Of a DNA stretch of 64,000 nucleotides, positions 56,856 to 64,000 are shown one piece after another (within the stretch, counting starts at the first letter, position 1; every line of letters begins with the position of its first letter). A model generated the notes under the pieces. That model saw nothing but the letters and a program-made list of their open reading frames with translations, had not been told where the DNA came from and did no database searches. Location of the stretch: positions 64,194 to 128,193 of IMG/VR virus record IMGVR_UViG_3300005748_000015; one strand, given 5' to 3'. The stretch comes from a virus. The translations under genes and the position numbers were made by a program.

Positions 56856-58244
56856 CTAAGAAAGTTGTCCAGTAATGTTATCAATTAATACGTTCTTTCT
56901 AGGCTGGTATCCAGCAAGACATAAGAATCTGAAGTGTGCTTCAGGTAAGCTTAAGTCGTTAAGAGCTAGTTTAAGTCTAGAATATGGAGATAATTGGTGA
57001 ATTCCCCAAGTGTTTGATTGGATCATAAATCCAGTTACAGAACCAGGGCTTTTGAATCCAAGGTCAGTAAATACTGTACTTACTCCACCAGAAGCTTTTA
57101 CTTTACCGATGAATTTAGCTTGAGCAGAACTTCCACCAAGACCACTTCTATAAACATTGTAGTATTTAGCACCATTGTTAGTGATTGTAAGGGTAGCTCC
57201 ACCAGCAGCTGTTACAGCTTCGTCAGCAGATTTAATTGACTCACCTCTTTCATTAACAGCAGTTACGTAATAAACATAAGCACCGTCAACTAAAACAGCG
57301 TCACCACTAGAAGCAGCACCACTAGCAGAAATAACAGGAGCAGCTAAAGACCCAGCTCTAGCTCTTGCTGGCTTAGTTTTTCCAGAAAGAAATCTTGAAG
57401 GCTCAAGAGATACTAAAGCAGAAGATGTCCATTGTTGTCTAAGTTCAGCACCTGTTTTAGAAGTAGCAGACCCAGCAAGAACAATTCTTTCTTTAGCGTG
57501 AGCAATTTTGTTATAAGCTGATAAAGAGATCGGGTCAAGAACAAGCTTGTCAGCAGAACCGTGGTTCATAGCCGATCTAACAGCAGCATCTTCAATGATT
57601 GATTGAGTAAGAGCACCATCAGCAGAAAGAATTACTGTTTGGTCTGATCCATACTCAGCAAACATTAAATCTTGAGTGTTTGACATAGTATCAGACATTC
57701 TAATTTGAGCATCGATACCTACCATGTTTGGAACTTCAGCAATTGACAAAGGGTTTCCAGAGAAAAATCCTGCTTCAGAAAAGTCAGCTTGACCTCTAAA
57801 ACAATCAAATTCGATATCCCCAGCAAGCTTCATAGCAGCGTCAGAAGCAGCTCTATCTTCAGCTTTAACACCATCGAAAGCTCCGATCATGTTAGCAGCT
57901 ACAGATACTCTACGAGTTGTTGAATAGTAACTCATAGGTACTACACTTCTTACGTAGTTTGAAGTATCTTCTTCACCGATTCCACCCTCATATTGAGCAG
58001 AACCACCAAAGATACCGTAGTCAAGTTGTCTGTTAAATTGAATTAACTGAGACTTAGCATCTTTAATGTCAACCATTTTTTGAAGTTTGATGTGTGAATC
58101 ATCATAAGTTACGTTTTGCATAACAGGAGAAAGGTCTTCTACCTGTAAAGCGGCACCTTGCGATAGACTGTCTGGAGTTGCATTGTAACTACCGACTTCT
58201 AACGCCTTTACCAGTTGTTGTAATTGTTCTACTGTATTAGACAT
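56856..58244 (-). CDS. major capsid protein with Ig/FN3-like insertion
   Basis: GAALQVEDL N-terminal motif; YVYYVTAVNERGES...YNVYR; follows scaffold; strong terminator. Confidence 0.9.
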   Translation of the reverse strand: MSNTVEQLQQLVKALEVGSYNATPDSLSQGAALQVEDLSPVMQNVTYDDSHIKLQKMVDIKDAKSQLIQFNRQLDYGIFGGSAQYEGGIGEEDTSNYVRSVVPMSYYSTTRRVSVAANMIGAFDGVKAEDRAASDAAMKLAGDIEFDCFRGQADFSEAGFFSGNPLSIAEVPNMVGIDAQIRMSDTMSNTQDLMFAEYGSDQTVILSADGALTQSIIEDAAVRSAMNHGSADKLVLDPISLSAYNKIAHAKERIVLAGSATSKTGAELRQQWTSSALVSLEPSRFLSGKTKPARARAGSLAAPVISASGAASSGDAVLVDGAYVYYVTAVNERGESIKSADEAVTAAGGATLTITNNGAKYYNVYRSGLGGSSAQAKFIGKVKASGGVSTVFTDLGFKSPGSVTGFMIQSNTWGIHQLSPYSRLKLALNDLSLPEAHFRFLCLAGYQPRKNVLIDNITGQLS

Positions 58245-58253
58245 TTAGTCCTC

Positions 58254-58925
58254 CTATTCTGTAATTAAGTGTTTAATACTATCTACACTTCCATTATCTA
58301 AGTAGTAATTATTAATTGCTTCTCTGTCTGATTTTTTCAATCCAGAGTAGTCAATTGCCTTTAATTTAGCAGTAATTTCGTTTTTTGACATTTCGCTAAA
58401 ATCAATTTCTTCTGAGTTAGACTCTTCTGATTTAGCAATGTAGTTTACGTTAGTAACTGCTTTTTGAGCCGGAGCTTTTTTAACATTAAAAAGTTGATCA
58501 ACCATGTTTTTAAGTTCTTCATAGCTTTTCTTTAAGTCTTCATTTTCAGATTTAAGCATTTGAACTTCTTCAGTTTCAACCTCTGTTTCTTCAGATTTTT
58601 CTAATGTTTGCTCTTCATTTTCTTCTTGCTCTTTCTGTGCTTCAACTTCTTCACCGTATAAAGACTTTTTAACAGCAGCGTAATGAGCTTCTTGCTCACT
58701 CTTAGTCATAGAAGCATAAAGATCATCAATAGTTTCGTAATCTTCTTCTTCAGTTTCAACCTCTTGATCTTCAGACTTTTCTAACTCTTCAGATTCTTGA
58801 GCTTCAACTTCAATATCATTCTCTTCTTCAATATTTTCTTCGCTTTTAGCGATGCTTCCCAAGGCGTTTTCAAATTCTTGTTCTACTTGAGAGAGCATTT
58901 CATCTACTTGTTCTTTAGTATACAT
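58254..58925 (-). CDS. capsid scaffold protein
   Basis: Acidic coiled coil with about nine xKS(E) sites, directly upstream of MCP. Confidence 0.75.
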   Translation of the reverse strand: MYTKEQVDEMLSQVEQEFENALGSIAKSEENIEEENDIEVEAQESEELEKSEDQEVETEEEDYETIDDLYASMTKSEQEAHYAAVKKSLYGEEVEAQKEQEENEEQTLEKSEETEVETEEVQMLKSENEDLKKSYEELKNMVDQLFNVKKAPAQKAVTNVNYIAKSEESNSEEIDFSEMSKNEITAKLKAIDYSGLKKSDREAINNYYLDNGSVDSIKHLITE

Positions 58926-58956
58926 GATTTGTCTCCTTATAATCAGTTGTTAAGAA

Positions 58957-59349
58957 TTAAGCACCCTTAGTTGGCCATTGAGCTGCGTGTCTTTCTTCTT
59001 CAGCATCTTCAGCAGCAGCTTCAGCATCTACTAGAGCAGCATCTTCACCAATTTTAAGTCCAAACCCAACTTTTGCAAGATCCATCATGGCTTTAGCAAC
59101 TTCAGATACAGATGCTTCATCTGTAGAAATAGCTAATTCACAAACGTGTGGTGTAAAAGCATCAACACTATTTCCAAATACATCTTTAGAAACTGCATCT
59201 TTAGCTTTAATGCTGATACTCATTTTATTAGTATCGATTGTAAGTTTTTTTCCTTTTGCCAATTGAGCTTCCTCAACTGAAAATCCTCTTTTTTCAAGAG
59301 CTTCTTTTAGGTCACGAGCGACCGCTTCAGATTTTGCTGTACTTAACAT
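58957..59349 (-). CDS. probable head-associated protein
   Basis: First gene of the capsid operon. Confidence 0.55.
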   Translation of the reverse strand: MLSTAKSEAVARDLKEALEKRGFSVEEAQLAKGKKLTIDTNKMSISIKAKDAVSKDVFGNSVDAFTPHVCELAISTDEASVSEVAKAMMDLAKVGFGLKIGEDAALVDAEAAAEDAEEERHAAQWPTKGA

Positions 59350-59525
59350 AAGTTTCCCCCTATTAATAGAAAGTTATAAATACACTTTAAGTGATTTCAA
59401 AGCTTTAACTAAATGTTTAAGTTTTGTTTTGCAAAAAAAAAATTATTTATTTGTAAGTTGTTATAATTGTTAAATAAATATGATTAAAAAATAATAAGAG
59501 ATAACCTTTAAATAAAGGATTTTAT

Positions 59526-60110
59526 ATGCCAAAAGAATATGATTATAGCACTAAATACGAAGAAAAAGACCCTAATATAAAATATAGGAAATGTAAAAAA
59601 TGTGAAAAAATAAAATGTGTGGTAGAATTTGAAGTTCAGAGTACATGCTCCGTTTGTTACACAAAAGTAAAAGGAAAAAAAAGATGTAATAGATGCCATC
59701 TTAGAAGGCCTGTTGAGTATTTTGTCAAAGGTAAAAAAACAAAACTATCAACAAAAGATGGGTATTTAAATCAGTGTAAATTCTGTATAAAAGATTATAT
59801 TGAAAAAAATAAAGAAGCAATAAAGAAACAGCAAAAAAAATATCGCCAAAAAAAATCTCACAAATTTAAACGATATTCAGCTGAAAGAAGATTTTTAAAA
59901 GAAAAATCAACTATTTTCCCAAATTTTAAAAAAGAAATGGAAGATTTTTATAAAAAATGCCCTAAAGGATACGAGGTAGACCATATTATACCATTAAAAA
60001 ACGAACTAGTCTGTGGATTACATGTACCATGGAATCTCCAGTATTTAGAAAAATCTGAAAATAGAAAAAAGAAAAACAAATTATTAGAAAAACATAAACA
60101 CAATCTTTAA
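59526..60110 (+). CDS. HNH homing endonuclease
   Basis: Cys-rich N-terminus; VDHIIPL...CGLHVPWNLQYL...N. Confidence 0.88.
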   Translation: MPKEYDYSTKYEEKDPNIKYRKCKKCEKIKCVVEFEVQSTCSVCYTKVKGKKRCNRCHLRRPVEYFVKGKKTKLSTKDGYLNQCKFCIKDYIEKNKEAIKKQQKKYRQKKSHKFKRYSAERRFLKEKSTIFPNFKKEMEDFYKKCPKGYEVDHIIPLKNELVCGLHVPWNLQYLEKSENRKKKNKLLEKHKHNL

Positions 60111-60113
60111 ATT

Positions 60114-62345
60114 ATGGCAAAAAATACAATCATTGATGGCATAGCTGCCAGCGAACATCTTGACAGTTCTGGAGAATCTTTAAGCATTGAAGGCATGGAT
60201 ATTTCAAGCCTTGGTGGGCCTGATTCAATACTTAATTGGGAACATAACTCAAAAGACAGACCCAGCCAAGTTGTTGGTAAGGTTACATTCGCTAAAAAAC
60301 TATTAAAAGCTGCCGATGCCAAGACAAAAAGAGAGAAGTATTTCTGGAATAAAGTAAAAAAACCAATGGTTTACATCAAAGCAGAGCTTTTTGACGGGAT
60401 TGGGCATAGTGGTGCTCAAGATGTAGCCGCCATGCTAAAATACAAAAATAAAGATAAAGGCGAGGATAGTAGGCTTGTTGTTGGCTTTTCCATAGAAGGT
60501 GGTAAAATGGAAAAGAAAGGCATGGTTGTTACAAAATCTATTGCCAGAGATGTTGCTATTACTGTAAAGCCTTGTAATAAGATATGTGATGCCGAATTAA
60601 TCGAAGGCGATGTAGATGAGGACTTCCTCTATAAAAATCAAAACTTTGAGTGTGAAATATTTAAAAATACAGAAGTACAACTAAACAAAAGTTTTAGAAA
60701 TATTATACTTGAAGATATCAAAAAATCACTTCCATCAAAAGATGATTTTAATGCTAATGCTAAAAGAATGATAGAAACAAATAGTTTTAAACAAAAAGGT
60801 CAAATTGCGGAAAGAATTGCCGATACTGCATCTAAACCATTAAATTTACAAGATGAAGCTAAAGCTAAAACAAAATTTGATCACAAAACCAAAAAACCTG
60901 ATGATGAAGTTGAAAAAGATACTGTTGCTGTTAAAGAGGTAGCTTACAACAGAAAAAGTGAAGTATTTAAAAACGAAAAAAATAATATGAGAAAAGCTTT
61001 AATGGCTGGTATGATGGGGGGTTCTCCTGATTCTAAAACTGGCGGTGCAGCTTTAGCTTCAGAAGATTTAAGTAGTACATTAGAAAAACCTTTTAAATCA
61101 AAAAAACAAAGAAGATTTGCACATGCTAATCCTGAGAAGTTTGGCGGTGAAGAAGGTGTAAAAGAATGGGAAGAAGAAACTCCCAAAAATATTCCTGAAA
61201 AAGTAAAAAAAAACACTAATTATACTCACAAAAGAATGAAAAAAAGTGAAAGCGATAATGTATTGTCTAGGGTTAAACTAAACCCAGAACATGGGAAGAT
61301 GATTGCTGACGCTTATCATAATATGAAACACACACCCGATGATGAAAACACTAGAAATGCATACAGTGCTTTAGTAAGTGAAACTCGTGATCAGTTTCAA
61401 AAATTAATGGACGGTGGATTAAAAATATCTAGAATACAACCTGGTCAGGAAAATCCTTATAAAAATTCTAAAGAACTTCATAGCGATATAATTAATAACA
61501 ATCACTTATGGTATTTTCCAACAGATCAGGGCTATGGTAGTGATAACAAAGAAATACCCAATCACCCTCTACTACAAGGTACTGGCTACAAGCATGGTGA
61601 TAAAGAATTATTAGCTAACGATATGTTTAGGATTGTTCATGATATTAATGGACATCATGTTGGCGGTCAATCTGGTTTTGGTCCTACAGGTGAGCATAGA
61701 GCTTTTTTAACACATAGACAAATGTATTCGCCCTTAGCTCAAAAAGCGTTGGCAAGTGAAACTTTAGGGCAAAACTCTTGGGTTAATTTTGGCCCTCATG
61801 GTGAGCACAATAGAACAAACCCTTCTCAAACTATTTATGCAGATCAAAAAGCAGGATTACTCCCTGATGAAATTGTTTATGGAGATTGGCATTTGGAAGA
61901 TGGGTTAAACAAAAGTGAAAATTTTAAAGCTCCAAATTTTACAACAAAAACAACGGGTATGTCAGGTTATGATGAAATGATGCAAAATCCCGATCATTAC
62001 AGAGATAATAAGGGTGTGCATTTTGAAATTAAAAACATGCATCCTGAAGAGTACATAAATATAGTAGCAAAAGATTATCATAATCAGCAGTTAGGGACCA
62101 AGTATGAATTTCCATCCGTTGAACATGCAAAACAACATCTTTTAAATCAACGAAGAAATAGTAAAAACATGCAAAAGGTTAAAAATTTTGACGTTTTGCA
62201 TATGCCTGTTTTAGATTTTAAAAATCAATGGAAAATGCCTAATGGCAAGCCAATGATATTTCAAGAAGGATTGCACAGAACCATACACGCATTAGATAGT
62301 GGGTTACAAAGTATTCCTGTGTTAATGGTAAGAAAACATAAATAA
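60114..62345 (+). CDS. prohead maturation protease (HK97-type) fused to C-terminal domains
   Basis: GIAAS..DSSGE, NWEH, GFSIEG, VAITVKPCN; later HDINGH zincin-like and QEGLHR ParB-like segments. Confidence 0.8.
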   Translation: MAKNTIIDGIAASEHLDSSGESLSIEGMDISSLGGPDSILNWEHNSKDRPSQVVGKVTFAKKLLKAADAKTKREKYFWNKVKKPMVYIKAELFDGIGHSGAQDVAAMLKYKNKDKGEDSRLVVGFSIEGGKMEKKGMVVTKSIARDVAITVKPCNKICDAELIEGDVDEDFLYKNQNFECEIFKNTEVQLNKSFRNIILEDIKKSLPSKDDFNANAKRMIETNSFKQKGQIAERIADTASKPLNLQDEAKAKTKFDHKTKKPDDEVEKDTVAVKEVAYNRKSEVFKNEKNNMRKALMAGMMGGSPDSKTGGAALASEDLSSTLEKPFKSKKQRRFAHANPEKFGGEEGVKEWEEETPKNIPEKVKKNTNYTHKRMKKSESDNVLSRVKLNPEHGKMIADAYHNMKHTPDDENTRNAYSALVSETRDQFQKLMDGGLKISRIQPGQENPYKNSKELHSDIINNNHLWYFPTDQGYGSDNKEIPNHPLLQGTGYKHGDKELLANDMFRIVHDINGHHVGGQSGFGPTGEHRAFLTHRQMYSPLAQKALASETLGQNSWVNFGPHGEHNRTNPSQTIYADQKAGLLPDEIVYGDWHLEDGLNKSENFKAPNFTTKTTGMSGYDEMMQNPDHYRDNKGVHFEIKNMHPEEYINIVAKDYHNQQLGTKYEFPSVEHAKQHLLNQRRNSKNMQKVKNFDVLHMPVLDFKNQWKMPNGKPMIFQEGLHRTIHALDSGLQSIPVLMVRKHK

Positions 62346-62420
62346 GCGAAAAAAAAGAAAAAATAAAAATAAAAATTTATTTTATTAATAATTCTTAATT
62401 TAGAAGGTAATCTTTAAAAG

Positions 62421-62816
62421 ATGGTAAACAAAGATAGTAAACGCATTGCAATTGCTCTTGTAACTAACGAAAACGACAATGTTTTAATGGGCAAGCGTAA
62501 TGACACAGATAAATGGACTATGCCAGCTGGAAAAATAGAAAAAGGCGAGTGTCCATTTATGGGTATGATCAGAGAGTTAAAAGAAGAAACTGGTCTTGAT
62601 GCTGTTGATATAAAATTAGTTGATAGCACAATGAAAGGTGACATGTTGTTATATCTTTTTAAAGTTGAAGTTGATTCAGACCAGGAAGTAGATACTAGTA
62701 GTGATCCTGATAATGAGTGTGATGATTTTAGCTACGAAGACCCTTTTGATCATATTGATAGATTACATGTTCCAGCAGAAGAAAACTTAGCACTAAAATA
62801 TTGGGCACACAATTAG
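62421..62816 (+). CDS. NUDIX hydrolase
   Basis: GKIEKGE...RELKEETGL Nudix box. Confidence 0.9.
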   Translation: MVNKDSKRIAIALVTNENDNVLMGKRNDTDKWTMPAGKIEKGECPFMGMIRELKEETGLDAVDIKLVDSTMKGDMLLYLFKVEVDSDQEVDTSSDPDNECDDFSYEDPFDHIDRLHVPAEENLALKYWAHN

Positions 62817-62825
62817 GAAGATATT

Positions 62826-63137
62826 ATGAATTATGAAATTTTAGGACTAGTACTTGCAGCATTAGTCGTTATATCAGGTGGCGTTGCTACTCTTTTGAAA
62901 ATGACAAACTCAATGCGTAAAGAACGTGAAGAAGAGAATAAAAAAGTTCTTGTTGAATCAAAAGAATATACCAATCAAAAATATAATGTTTTAGAACAAG
63001 AATTAAAACACCAAAAAGATATTCAAGAAGGCAAGATTGCAGAGTTGTCAGAAAAAATTGAACAACTAAGAGAAGAAACAAGAAGGCATCACAGCCAACT
63101 TGTAGAACTTCTCACAAAAATGATTGGCAAACAGTAA
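62826..63137 (+). CDS. single-TM coiled-coil membrane protein, holin-like
   Basis: N-terminal TM segment followed by a coiled coil. Confidence 0.55.
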   Translation: MNYEILGLVLAALVVISGGVATLLKMTNSMRKEREEENKKVLVESKEYTNQKYNVLEQELKHQKDIQEGKIAELSEKIEQLREETRRHHSQLVELLTKMIGKQ

Positions 63138-63142
63138 GACTG

Positions 63143-63427
63143 TTATAAATCGTAGCCTAATTCTTTAGCTCTTTTTAAACTAAGTGATCCTGATCTTTCA
63201 CCGTCACGTCTAGTTCTTGCATAATCTATTTTGTCAAAGTGCATGTACTTTCCATCAGGAATTACAATCTCAAAAACAGTATTGTCTGATGGGTCTTGGA
63301 ATGAAGAACCGACTCCAATTTCATTAGCAAGACTTTCTAACTCACTACTAATTTCTTTTCTTTTTTCTTTGATAGACTCAAGTTGTTTTGTCAATTCAAT
63401 AAATTTTTTTTGTTGATCTGTTAGCAT
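63143..63427 (-). CDS. hypothetical protein
   Basis: AAGG RBS; downstream of the structured RNA. Confidence 0.7.
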   Translation of the reverse strand: MLTDQQKKFIELTKQLESIKEKRKEISSELESLANEIGVGSSFQDPSDNTVFEIVIPDGKYMHFDKIDYARTRRDGERSGSLSLKRAKELGYDL

Positions 63428-63450
63428 TTTTTTTCCTTGTTTTATAAATA

Positions 63451-63518
63451 CGGGAGGAGAGGAATTTCACCTCTCAACGTATAGTGATCAATCTATAGTG
63501 TGGTTTGCTTACACCCTT
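63451..63518 (-). ncRNA. cloverleaf-like structured RNA or leader with a T-loop arm
   Basis: GTGT/ACAC, TATAG/CTATA and GAGAGG-TGAAATT-CCTCTC hairpins; TTGCTT-17-TAAAAT promoter at 63525-63553. Confidence 0.5.
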
Positions 63519-63737
63519 ATATGCATTTTAAAAAATATGAAGAAAAAAAGCAAGAAAAAAATGCAATTATATCTAATTGTTTTTTATCTTATTTTGAATT
63601 TTTTTTAAAAAAATATGTTTAAAACAGCGTTAAACACTCTCTAGAAGACTAATCTTTTATATGTAACACAGAATAGTGCAAATTCCTGTACTATTAAAAA
63701 ATCATAAAAAATATTAACACAAAAAAGGAGTTTTTTT

Positions 63738-64000
63738 ATGTCACAAAAAATTAAAAAGAAGTTTATCGATCAAGAAGTATTCGATGAAATTAGTTCAGAA
63801 ATTGATGGTGATGTCAGTGCTGAACAAGCTGCAAGGATTCTTGCCGATGAAGAAATTAAAGGTGATTTGAGCGATGCAAATTACACAACTATTGAAGAGC
63901 TTGATGACGCTTTTACTAACTTAGACGCAAGCTATGCTAGTCAAGCTGAAATTGATGCTTTACAAGCTGATGTAGATCAAAATGAAGCTGATGCTGATGC
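63738..64000 (+). CDS. coiled-coil structural (fibre-like) protein, runs off the window edge
   Basis: AGGAG RBS; MSQKIKKKFIDQ...QADVDQNEADAD; AATCTTTT at 63651. Confidence 0.75.
   Translation, partial: MSQKIKKKFIDQEVFDEISSEIDGDVSAEQAARILADEEIKGDLSDANYTTIEELDDAFTNLDASYASQAEIDALQADVDQNEADAD

Noticed and set aside
546-63416. Many short antisense or nested ORFs in the ORF track (e.g. 7400..7897, 34964..35323, 44117..44440)
   Set aside because: They shadow well-supported genes, have Phe/Ser/Leu-rich antisense composition and lack RBS
63451-63518. FMN riboswitch (GGTGAAATTCC resembles its T-loop)
   Set aside because: The rest of the RFN consensus is absent and there is no flavin gene downstream
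1-64000. Alternative genetic code (stop-codon reassignment)
   Set aside because: Core genes are full length in the standard code, and TAA, TAG and TGA all serve as stops at tight gene junctions
1-64000. CRISPR array, rRNA or canonical tRNA
   Set aside because: No regularly spaced direct repeats and no complete cloverleaf with a GTTCRA T-loop were seen

Overview
A 64-kb, AT-rich segment of a large contractile-tailed (myovirus-type) dsDNA phage genome, read in the standard genetic code and coded mostly on the minus strand. The left part holds nucleotide-metabolism and replication genes: DEDDh exonuclease, class Ia NrdA/NrdB, SbcC/SbcD, two SF2 helicases, a sigma-70-like factor, and a proteostasis set (GroEL, GroES-like, ClpX-like, ClpP-like, AAA+). 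The right part holds portal, terminase, tail sheath and tube, neck proteins, major capsid, scaffold and a divergently transcribed prohead protease. There are three LAGLIDADG inteins: in a helicase, in terminase, and a class-3 type in GroEL. The most interesting signals are: (1) an mCpol/Cas10-palm-like nucleotide cyclase domain fused to a putative head-packaged polyprotein; (2) a cluster of modular proteins punctuated by hydrophobic-x-K|S/A/N sites resembling the predicted capsid maturation site, suggesting a protease-released cargo system; (3) two promoter-driven tRNA-like small RNAs; (4) two promoter classes, extended -10 sigma70-type (often leaderless) and a recurrent AATCTTTA putative late motif. 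All family assignments come from motif recognition by eye; no searches were run.
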